Assembly (NCBI GenBank): GCA_012026655.1
Contig: JAAILG010000932.1
Coordinates: 1 to 64,000, forward strand
Source: Hydrolagus affinis
Lineage: Eukaryota
Length of the DNA stretch: 64,000 nt
Reading direction: 5' to 3'
The stretch's first letter is position 1, and each line of letters begins with the position of its first letter. The notes beneath the pieces are model-generated. The model saw only the letters and a program-made list of their open reading frames with translations, ran no database searches and was not told where the DNA came from. Positions 54,311 through 64,000 of this stretch are shown here, piece by piece. A program made the translations under genes and the position numbers.

Positions 54311-55949
54311 AGCAACAAGAAGCCAGTTCCAGCTCCTTCCACACAACACACAAACTCCTTCCAACTGTGGGCTCCACCTACCTGGGTATTTTCGGGGAAA
54401 GTTGTGTAAAGATGTTCCTTGTCCTCCCCCTCCCAATAGGAAAGTAAAAACTCCAGCATATGTGTCCCCATCTCTCCATCATTCATCCTGGTCTCCTTCC
54501 ATCATCTGCAGATTACAATTGTGTTTCTTCCCTCTGGTTTGCCACCTTTCATGATCGTAACAAAACACACTTCACTGTGTCTCTTGGGAGTATTCACAAT
54601 ACAATTCCTAATGTGCTCTCCAAGTAAAACTTGTTCACATGTAATTCCTAATGTTTTCGTGGAATACTGATGCCACCTAGTGTTGTAATGTCCTGAATTA
54701 ACAGGCTTTTTATCCCTCTTCTAGTGACTAAAGGAGCCCTGTCATAGGCTTCTCTGCTGATGGGACTCTCTTCCCTCACCGGCCAGGAATTAGTCCCCAC
54801 AGTAACAGCTTTTTACTCTGTACATAGGATCCTGTCTTGTGATAAATGTGCTGTTCTGCACCTCCATTCACCAATTGCTCTAATTGTTCAGGCAGCCTCA
54901 CAACACTCACCATCAAGACTCTTCTATGAATAATAGTCATTTAGGCCAGACCAGCGATGCCTGTAGAATCTTGTCACTTGTGCAAGAAAAAAGGAAACCA
55001 ATGTGCTCAGGTGAGGAAAATGGAAGGGGTTAATATTGGTGAGAAAATAAGATACCTCAACTGTGTCCAACCAAAGGAATAACTTGCAGAATATTGAAAT
55101 GAGACAGAGTTCATACTCTAAAGGCTGCAGTGGGTAAATGTATTTAGTGATGCGTATTAGTCCATACTAACCCACATTCATTCCTTGTTCTGAGCCTATC
55201 TAACCAATCTCACCCAAGGCAGCAGTGAGGATATTACATAAGGCCAACATGTTTGGCCTCAGTACCCCTCAGCCAGGCAGTAGTGGTGACATTAAATTGG
55301 AACTCAGTGTTGCTGAGCAAGTTAAGGGAAATACAAAAATCATAGTTTCCATTCTTCACTTCTATCCAGTGTCCTCCCTTCCCATTTTATTGGGAATATG
55401 TGTAAATGTTTAGTGGGGAGTGTCTGCATAATGCTGATAGCTATTTTTAGCTATTTTTCTGATGTGCTAATCAGACATCAGAACACATTCAGCCTGTACT
55501 TCAGCACAAGTCAACGCTTTCAAGAAAGGAGCAGAAAAAGAATGAGACACAATGAAAAGCCCAGAGGCTAAGCTCACTGTGGTTTGGCATTCCAAGCTCT
55601 AATTAATGTAGCTGCACATCCAAACTACCACAGCAATCAACCCTAATGTGTAAAAATAACTGCTGGTTTGAAGACTTGTTCCAGTGACCCAAAAGTACCT
55701 GTCAATGTCAGGTCAATTTCATAGATGCAAAAATAACCAAGCAAATGTAATAATTGTATAGCAGAGATTGTGAAGAAGAGAACATCAATAAATAGATCAG
55801 GGCAATAAAATTAAGAAATGATCAAGATGGAATAATTACCGTCATTCCAACAGAGGGCTTTGTACTTGCCTTTTGTTGTAGATTTCAATGTGAGCTTATT
55901 AAAAGGCCACACACAAAAAAAAATATTGGAACTGGAAGTCTCGCAGTTT

Positions 55950-56400
55950 AATGGGAAAACTACCTCAATGGGTATGTTAAACATTGTTCAAGTGCTGTCA
56001 TAATTAACAGTAAATCAGGAAAAGCAGATTTTCAACTATTAATAGCTGTATCATTAATCAAAATGCAATCATCAGCTTCCATCTGTAACTGTGTTTGATC
56101 AAACTTGTTTAAACTATCAGCGAGACTAATTGCCTAATTCATCTCAAGTTGTGGAGAACCCGTACTCACAGACGTATCAGCCAATATTTCTCCTCTTTTG
56201 TCATTACAGTCATTTTCTCTCATTAGTTAATTTGTCTTCCTTTTAATACACCCAGTGCGCTGGTATAATTACTTCCTCTGAAACACTTCCCTTGCTTTGC
56301 TAACTCCAGTGCAAAATCGGAAGAGCGGAATTCGATGATGATATGAACATCTTTCTGCACCATTAAACCTCGCTTTCAAAATAATCATGCTCCCGTTGTG
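55950..56400. promoter_or_regulatory. Candidate CNE
   Basis: Unique, TAAT-rich with TGTCA and CATTGT motifs, no coding signal. Confidence 0.38.
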
Positions 56401-56646
56401 TTCAAAAGAAAACTTCCTAAACAGCTTCACATTCACTTTCAAACCATCAACAGCTGCTCTACCGGCACTCTAGGTTTTTTCTTCCTCACCACATCGATGG
56501 CAAATACTGCATTTGTTTACTTTTTGCCAAGACATTTGTTTAACCGGATGACAGATTGGTTCACACTTCACCAAACAATGTTCTAGAGCACTGAGGTGAC
56601 AATGGACAATATAGTGGTCATTGGCTCTGCCTTAAGTTGGATTCTA

Positions 56647-56762
56647 CTTTCACCCACAAATATACAGTCAATTCACTTTACAGTCTATTCTGTGAAGCGT
56701 GTTGAGATGTCTAGAAGACGTGAAAAGCGCTATATCAAAATGCAAGATTATTACTATTATTT
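56647..56762 (+). mobile_element. SINE 3' fragment
   Basis: CACCCACAAATATACAGTCAATTCAC...tail. Confidence 0.85.
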
Positions 56763-57208
56763 TCATAGTTAATACACAACCAACAAGGGATCAAACTTAC
56801 AAAGTATGTGTGCCTCGGTTTTACACTGGGCAATAAATTTAGCATTCGATTGATTGAGGGATGGTTTCTGTCCTTTCACACCAAATTTAATCAGCTGCTA
56901 CAGTTTGCTAAACAGTTCACCTACAAAAATCAGTCACTGCACTTCATAGATATATGCTGTGAAGCACCTTGAGACGTGTCTCGATGACATAATCAAGCAA
57001 CAACAACAGCAAAATTACATTTAGAGTGCCTTTCACGTCGGGAGGACGTGCCAAGGTGCTGAACAGTTAGATTATATATGTATATAGATATATATATAGT
57101 ATATAAATATATATATAAGCACTATATCAAATCCAAGGATTATCATTTAAGATACAGTCTCTGTGTGTGTATGTGAGATGGAGAGCAATAAATATATCCA
57201 TTCACACG

Positions 57209-57214
57209 TTTATT
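57209..57214 (-). promoter_or_regulatory. Candidate distal poly(A) signal AATAAA for the long DZIP1L isoform
   Basis: AATAAA ~1.25 kb downstream of the 58459 stop; the intervening UTR contains two N gaps. Confidence 0.35.
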
Positions 57215-57306
57215 ATTTATAAACCTTGACATTTATAATGGTCCAAATCTTACATTCACAGGCAAATGTAAAAAAAAGTAAGATATCACAAATGTAAACT
57301 CATTAG

Positions 57307-57440
57307 NNNNNNNNNNNNNNNNNNNNNNNNNNNNNNNNNNNNNNNNNNNNNNNNNNNNNNNNNNNNNNNNNNNNNNNNNNNNNNNNNNNNNNNNNNNNNN
57401 NNNNNNNNNNNNNNNNNNNNNNNNNNNNNNNNNNNNNNNN
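57307..57440. other. Assembly gap (134 N)
   Basis: Run of N. Confidence 0.99.
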
Positions 57441-57878
57441 ATCAAAACATCCTGGATCATTGAAAGGAAACAAACATTAAAAATAAGATCCTTTGAAACA
57501 GTACCAATCAGAAACTGCAAGTAATTTCCCCTTGAGAATGATTTTTTAAAACAAAACCAAGAGGTTTAACACGAATAATTGTCATCTTTAAATCTTATTA
57601 TAAAGGCAAAGCACGTAGCTCTCTTTTTTAGAGGATGAACTGCAGAAGGACGAGCCTCCTCTCTGTAGCGTATAATTCAATGTAGAGTACCACCAAACTT
57701 TCATTAAGAAATCGATGCAAGAAAATCTACAGCGTTCGTGGAGCAAAAGGAATGAATCATATAGTGCAAACATCAATTTGTATTCATAATTAGAAAATAC
57801 CTGGGCTACACTGGGCAAAAATGGCAAGAGGAAGGGATACACACACTTATCAGCTCAGCCTGATATAATTAATGAGCA

Positions 57879-57978
57879 NNNNNNNNNNNNNNNNNNNNNN
57901 NNNNNNNNNNNNNNNNNNNNNNNNNNNNNNNNNNNNNNNNNNNNNNNNNNNNNNNNNNNNNNNNNNNNNNNNNNNNNN
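57879..57978. other. Assembly gap (100 N)
   Basis: Run of N. Confidence 0.99.
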
Positions 57979-58458
57979 GGGAGAGGAAATTGAATGATAT
58001 TTTCCTCTCTCCACAAAGCATTTAAACCAGCATAACATCTGTATGGCCTTTCTTGACGATTCGCTAACAGGGGCAAATGTGGATATGACGATAAGACATT
58101 CCAACCACCTCACTGCTATTAATGTACCCAATTATGTACCACATATTAGAATCCAAAGTTGCACTTCAGGACACCTGAGATCAGACATAGAAAAGGTTGG
58201 TTTGTGAATTGGGTAGCTTTTGGTAGCTTCATCCAGATTAAAATTGAAATGTAATGGACAGATATGTTACATCATTATATATAAATGCAAAAGAACAACA
58301 TAAAGGTTTCAAGTGAATGATAATGATTAACAGTGAAGTATTGTGTGCAACGCTGCCTTTATCCCAATGCTCACACGTTCCCTTATTGCTGGCTCTGAAC
58401 AGGCAACATCATCAGCACTGCAGTACACCAGGAATGGCTCTCTTAGATACGTTAATGT

Positions 58459-58550
58459 TCATGGAAAATTGAACTCAGAGTCACTAACATCTGTAACTGT
58501 TGCGAAACTGCTGCTCTTCAACGAGCTCCTGGTACCAGTCTCCTTCATCC
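58459..58550 (-). CDS. DZIP1L: Putative terminal coding exon of DZIP1L (GMKETGTRSSLKSSSFATVTDVSDSEFNFP*)
   Basis: Strong acceptor CCTCCTTTTTATTTTTACAG|, phase 1, 92 bp to TGA. Resembles the recalled C-terminus of paralog DZIP1 (STLKSSLVTVTDWSDTSDV). Confidence 0.78.
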
Positions 58551-59892
58551 CTGTAAAAATAAAAAGGAGGGGAAATGTAACGCTTTCATCCTCAAATAGA
58601 GTTTGTTCTACTGCTCTTTCGGTAGGTCAACCATGTCTTCAAAAATAACTTCACATATTTCTTATTTCCATTTGACGTTGGATTCCTTCATGTAGAAGCA
58701 AAAAATAATAATAATTTGGTCACTCAACCCACAGCTAAATCAAATGCAATGATTATTATTTAATATATAAAATTATAGCACAGTATTTAATATTTAAAAT
58801 TATCTTAATTTAAATTATATTTAATATAAACCATATTTATCAAATGCCAGGATTGTTGTTATTAGTACAGTATAGCATAACGAAGACCCACAACAATTGC
58901 ACCATGAATGAGGAGCGAGGTGCGAATGGAACTCCCATTCACGATGCCGGCCTGAGGACGGTTACAGTCTGATCCTAGTCTGTCTCTAACCCAGCACTTT
59001 AAAAGGATAAATCACAGTAACAAAGGATGACTGAGAACTATCCGGAGCACAGAATGATAGCCACTGTGTGATCTATTGCCTCTGTCATAGCTCCCCTCTC
59101 CCCCCACCCACCCCTATTTTATTCCTTCTTCAAATTCATTTTCTCCAGTCATCGTTCAATTGACTTGTTTCCTGTGGACGAGTGAAACCTAATTTACAAG
59201 AGAAAACAAATGCAAGTAACTTCAGTCTTGTTTCCCCTTTGGAATGGGGGATATCCAGGTTCCAAACAGCCTCCAGAATAATTGCAGCAGCCGTGCACTC
59301 TGATGTCTTTCACGAAAAAAAAGATAAGTCTGTCTTCCTGTCAGGGCTTAATCATTTAGCACTACATTTATCTTAATTTTCAACGGTTACATTTGAAATT
59401 TTGTAATAATGTGAAATCTGTCAATCAGGGCTGATAATTATTCCTCATGTCAATTCCCTATTCCAATCAGTCTGGTACTACGGACTCTTACCTATGTCAA
59501 TTGCTGCTAACGCTGGCCTCTTATCAGCAAGAGCAAGAGGTCTATAATCAGAGTTTGAAACTTGAAAGTATGTGCAATCATATTTATCTGGCTGTGTGGG
59601 AATATATTTGCCTAAGCCTGACTGAACACTGTTTTCAGAATTTAGCTTTGAGTGACTTCAATGTTTTAGGACTAACTGAAGAGCAAATTGTAGTAGATTA
59701 AGGCAAAATGTGAGCTAAAAATGTGAGCTGCTGTGCACCGTTTCCCAACACATTTTTCAATGCGAAAATTGTTTAAAAAGATACAAAAATGGTTTGACAG
59801 GCGTTTCAGCAAACACATATCATGCCCCTTTCATCCTGTAATACATGTTCCAAAGCCAGCGTTAGGATGCTCTATTCTGCTTTTGAGTATGG

Positions 59893-60003
59893 TTTGCCCA
59901 CAAAATATACAGTTAATTCACTTTACACTATATTCTGTGAAGCGCTTTGAGATGTCTGAAAGACATGTAAAGTGCTGTATCAAATGCAAGGATTATTATT
60001 ATC
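59893..60003 (+). mobile_element. SINE 3' fragment in a DZIP1L intron
   Basis: Conserved body end and tail. Confidence 0.85.
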
Positions 60004-60241
60004 ACACAAATCAATTGAAATAAACACTGAATTTCCCTTACAATTACATCTTCAGTTACCGCAGACAACACATCATTACATGCGGCAGCAATAATAATAA
60101 TAATAAAATAATGAATAATAATGCCTGGTAAAGACAGCCGCAGAAACATAATGAAAGATCGACACAGGGAAAAACACATGCAAACAGCAAAATTTCACCA
60201 CTGACTCCGTTCATGAGAATTGCCACCAAACGTCCTGCAAC

Positions 60242-60365
60242 TAACAACAACAACAAAATGACATTTCTAAAGTGCCTTTCACGTCGGGAGAACGTCCCAA
60301 GGTGCTGAACAGTCAGGGGTCGGGACCCGAGCACGGGGGGAGGGAGGGATGAAAAGTTAGGTGTC
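60242..60365 (-). mobile_element. L2 3' end, one of the longer copies of the short L2-tail family
   Basis: Same CTTGGGACGTcctcccGACGTGAAAGG tail as the ~60-bp copies at ~10447, 12367, 26412, 30822, 42318, 47375 and 56996. Confidence 0.85.
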
Positions 60366-61402
60366 TGGTCACCTAACAGGAGACCAGACACACAGCTTAG
60401 TCAGATCTCTGTTCAATTGCATTAGTATAAATAGCATGAGAGTTCCAGTTGTCAACACTAATAATGCATTCATAATGATGCTTCAAATCTTCAGACATTA
60501 CTTAATTTCCAAGAGAGGTGCTTTGTGGAAGATTGGTGTGGACGTGCCAATTCACCTTCTCAATGTTGTCAGATTGAGCCAACACTGTTGCGTGAAAGCA
60601 CATGATAACTCAATGGAGTTGCTTTGGAGAGAAATCCTGGTTCGGAAGTGACCAAAGGCTGAGCATAATGGGCTCTTGCATTCCCTAGCGATTCCGAACC
60701 AGCAAGGGAGTAACACAAGGCGATATCTTCTACAACCCAATTTGCTAATCTCTGTGTAATGATGGTTTTACATAAAATATTTTTTTTTTGGCCAAACATA
60801 GAAATTGCCCAGACTGGCAGAAATCTTTTGTTCCCCCTCTCAAGAGATGCTAATGCTCTTTGAACAGCAACACAAGCAGACTAGCAGACTGGCTTCCAAT
60901 GAAAACACATGCTGGCAGGTTCAGGGTTTCAGGGTTATGCTTCCTTCAGACAAATAAAACTCGAGGAATATCCACGATGGGAGTCCATTGAGTAGCATAG
61001 GAGAGTCCCAGGTTCAATTCGCTGCCTGTGCTAATTTAGCTCAAAGCACCAGGGATGACAATAGAACCAATTAGGTAGGCTTGACGCAAAGAACATGGAG
61101 AATTAGATGGAACAAGTCAAATGCACTGGCAAAGTCTGCCAGGGCTGTGCTTTGCCAGGATCAGGTGGCTTTGGATCAACTCCCAGTTTGGAACGTGGGT
61201 TAGGTCTGAGATAGGAGATTCTAGGGAAGCAACTAGTGTTAAAACAGGGTTCAAAAACAATACAAAATGATTGTGACTCTCTGCAATCTATCTTTTCAAA
61301 TATTAAGAGTAATTATGCTTCAGTCCACCTTATGCAAAACATAGGTGTGTAGAGATAGGACAAGGTACATTTAAAATCATGCCGACAAAAAAATAATAGT
61401 GG

Positions 61403-61408
61403 TTTATT
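61403..61408 (-). promoter_or_regulatory. Proximal poly(A) signal AATAAA for the short DZIP1L isoform
   Basis: AATAAA on the minus strand ~40 nt past the predicted TAG, followed by a U-rich/GU tract (ATTATTTTTTTGTCG). Confidence 0.5.
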
Positions 61409-61445
61409 TTACAGCGTCAAAGCTGAGCATTGCAAACAGTGTTCC

Positions 61446-61632
61446 CTACCAACCAGTTCCCCCCACCTCGACTGCCAGAGGAACTCCACACACTGGTTCC
61501 CTGAGACACACTCGGTTCTACACCTTGTCTGGTCAATCCCATTGGTTTGGAATTCCTTTCTTTCAAAGCAAACTCTTCCGATACGTCCTCAATGGATGAG
61601 ATATCCAAGTCACTCTCTTCATCATCTGACAG
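61446..61632 (-). CDS. DZIP1L: DZIP1L exon (LSDDEESDLDISSIEDV...GTSVWSSSGSRG); 3' boundary uncertain
   Basis: Acceptor CTTTCTCCATCGCCAG|, phase 0; matches human LSEDESDLEISSLEDL. As read, the frame stops at 61417. With one G fewer in the G6 run (61459-61464) it ends GTGW-TAG at 61446. Phase-1 donors possible after 61467 (as read) or 61454 (if G5). Confidence 0.88.
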
Positions 61633-62019
61633 CTGGCGATGGAGAAAGAGCATATCGTAATCCGAGGATACTACAATTGTACAAATTCCATTCATAATAA
61701 TTCTCGAAATTGATGTAGTACCATATCACATCGCTGAAATGTCTCAAAGCACTTCACAGGATTTGCTGTAGGGTATAATGGACTATGAATTGAACTTGTC
61801 AGTTTCAATCTGAAGACGCTGAAAAATCAGGCCCAGTTTTTTGAGGCCTCATTTATTGGAGCTCATGAATATGTAACCTTCTCTTAATTTTTAAACACAG
61901 TCCATGCCTCCCTCCTACCACAAGGTAAAGTCAAATATCCTTATCACCTTAGATTGCACTGATGTCATCCCGAATAGCACTCTGCACATGCAACCTCCTT
62001 GTCATCTTGTTTTTTGGTA

Positions 62020-62131
62020 TATTTGCCCACAAATATACAGTTAATTCACTTTACAGTATATTCTGTGAAGCGCTTCAAGACGTCTAGAAGACGTGAAAAG
62101 TGCTGTATCAAATGCAAGGATTATTATTATT
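62020..62131 (+). mobile_element. SINE 3' fragment in a DZIP1L intron
   Basis: Near-consensus GACGTCTAGAAGACGTGAAAAG tail with (ATT)n. Confidence 0.88.
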
Positions 62132-62303
62132 ACATTGGCACAATGAATTATTTCTGGTTCCATGTCAAATATCACTAACTCAATATTTCTATCCTCTTGC
62201 TGCCTGAAATTCTCATTTGACCGCTTTTTCCCCTGTTACTTTCCGTTTAATTTCCTCCCAAAAATGTTCTAGGTTGGAATTGACCCGACACACATTTGGG
62301 TAC

Positions 62304-62452
62304 CTGCAGCTTCCTGACGACGGAGGTTTCCTTTGGAGAGGCAGCAGGTACGGCTTGAAAGGTGGGTAGGATTCTCACCCCCCCGACAGGCTTCTTCGCT
62401 GGTGAGCTCGGCTGCTTCTCCAGACTCCTGATCATGGTCTGCACCACACTAC
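62304..62452 (-). CDS. DZIP1L: DZIP1L coding exon (GSVVQTMIRSLEKQPSSPAKKPVGGV...RKLQ)
   Basis: Polypyrimidine acceptor CCCCTTTTACCAG|, donor CAG|GTACCC, 149 bp, phase-compatible with both neighbours. Close match to recalled human DZIP1L GTLVQSMVKNLEKQLEAPAKKPAGGV. Confidence 0.93.
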
Positions 62453-62974
62453 CTGGTAAAAGGGGAGGCACAAAAACATCACTCAACACAGAAGCCAACA
62501 TGTCCGCTATCACACTGTCTCAATCAACAGAGAGTCAAATACTGATATACAATCACAATATACCATTCCCCACCCACCCCCCACACAAACACAGACTGTC
62601 TGCTTACAAATAAGTGGGCGGATTACAGTGAATCTTGAAAATTCACATCATATGCAAAGTACTCAGCAAAAAGTGCTCATCAATCTGTTCTGCACTTCCA
62701 GATTGAGTTACATTTCAGATTTCGAACATTTACAAGTTTTCTTTTTATCTAAAGCAGAACGCGGTCTCCTAATCATTTCCTTTGTTTTGCGGATCACGGA
62801 TTGTCTGTGGCAAGAAATCTATTTGTTCAGAGCCGGAGAACTGTTTACCTGGACAGAGGAAGCAACGAGTGTTCCCTAACCACGGCTCGCTCACTGTTGC
62901 TCTGTAAATCACTTCCAGACCTTCTGGCTTCCATTGAAACTTGGAGCACTTCCCTGCACATGCAGCAATACACG

Positions 62975-63005
62975 TGTGTATGTGTGTGTGTGAGTGTGTG
63001 TGTGT
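62975..63005 (+). repeat. Imperfect (TG)n microsatellite in a DZIP1L intron
   Basis: Directly visible. Confidence 0.85.
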
Positions 63006-63063
63006 CTGGTAATTAAAGACTTACAGCTCAAATAAGGTTTTAAGGAGGAATGTTGTGGATTAC

Positions 63064-63278
63064 CTTGGGGTGCACGAGTGGCTGAAATCCCAGTGGATGG
63101 GCTTAAAGGGCCCGTGGAAATGTCAGTGTCTGACCAGTCGTCATCAGAGCTAAGAACTGCTCGGCTCGGCTTCGGTTTGGACTGGACCACATGGATCTTT
63201 GTTGGGTCTCTGTGGCCCGCGCTGGTAACATAGGCACTGTCCACAATCGATTCATCTTCAGAAGTGAACGGAGGCGTG
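63064..63278 (-). CDS. DZIP1L: DZIP1L internal coding exon (TPPFTSEDES...DDDWSDTD...RAPQ)
   Basis: Acceptor TGTTTCAG| before 63278 and donor CAAG|GTAATC after 63064; 215 bp, phase 2 in and phase 1 out. Peptide matches recalled human DZIP1L motifs STPPFSSEEDS and DWDWSDTE. Upstream exons were not identified in the window. Confidence 0.92.
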
Positions 63279-64000
63279 CTGAAACACCAGAGCATATACA
63301 ATCATCAGAGATAAGACTAGGAGGAAAATCAGGTTTCCTCCTCATACCTAGACAATGCTGCCCAGAGATTGGAGGGTTCAGCAGACACAATGTGTGTGGC
63401 TTTGCATTTTGCTGCGTACATTACAGGGGGATTCTCTGATGAAACATGAAGAAACTAGTTCACACATGTGCTCACACTATTGTTTCAAAGTGGTGGGCAC
63501 CACTGGTCTGGCCAGGCAGGACCAAGGTCTCAAGTCAACTTCAGACAGAAAAATATCAGTGAGTGGAGCTTTGGTTGCATGAAGGATGGAATCCACCTTC
63601 AGGCAGAACCAGCTCACGTATTGCCACCAAAGCCAATAGAAACACAGCAAAGCCAGCATCCCTGACCGCTTCCTAATGAATCCAATCATTAAAGCAATCA
63701 CTCTTATCGGAAGCAGCAAATCACTGTGTTATTCGATTGATCTCCTTATCAGACTAGGGACAGGCGGCCAGACACCAGCCACTCCAGCTGCACGTCACTC
63801 GTCTGACAGTGTCACTCAGCAAACACTGGCGATGAATCTTTCACAGAGCTTTAATATGGAAGGAAAGGCGCAAAATTGTTAACAATGCAACTTTGGGCAC
63901 AAGAGTCATTCTCCCTGGTTATTAGATTAGTTTATCGTGGAGTTTTTCCATTACGAAAGCTCACCCGCTCAGGTCAGCAAATTCAACAGATAAGGAATCA

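Noticed and set aside
63279-64000. Additional upstream DZIP1L exon
   Set aside because: No recognisable DZIP1L peptide with compatible splice sites; treated as intron.

Overview
AT-rich, repeat-dense vertebrate genomic DNA. The repeats (a young tRNA-derived SINE with a Deu-like 3' half, L2 and CR1 3' ends, Penelope-derived palindromes, LF-SINE-like relics) point to a cartilaginous fish, most likely a chimaera such as elephant shark (inference). The only intact gene is the 3' end of DZIP1L on the minus strand, four coding exons at 63278-58459. It appears to have two alternative C-termini: a short W-stop end like mammalian DZIP1L, and an extra terminal exon like its paralog DZIP1. The other ~57 kb is gene desert with many CNE-like blocks, probably part of the SOX14 regulatory landscape by synteny; no CLDN18 exons were seen. 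The most notable hidden feature is a heavily decayed plus-strand ZBED/hAT transposase relic at ~30.56-33.17 kb, with up to four BED-finger remnants and bracketed by a 62-bp direct repeat. All homology calls are from recalled motifs, not database searches. I found no clear evidence of a wholly new biological system.
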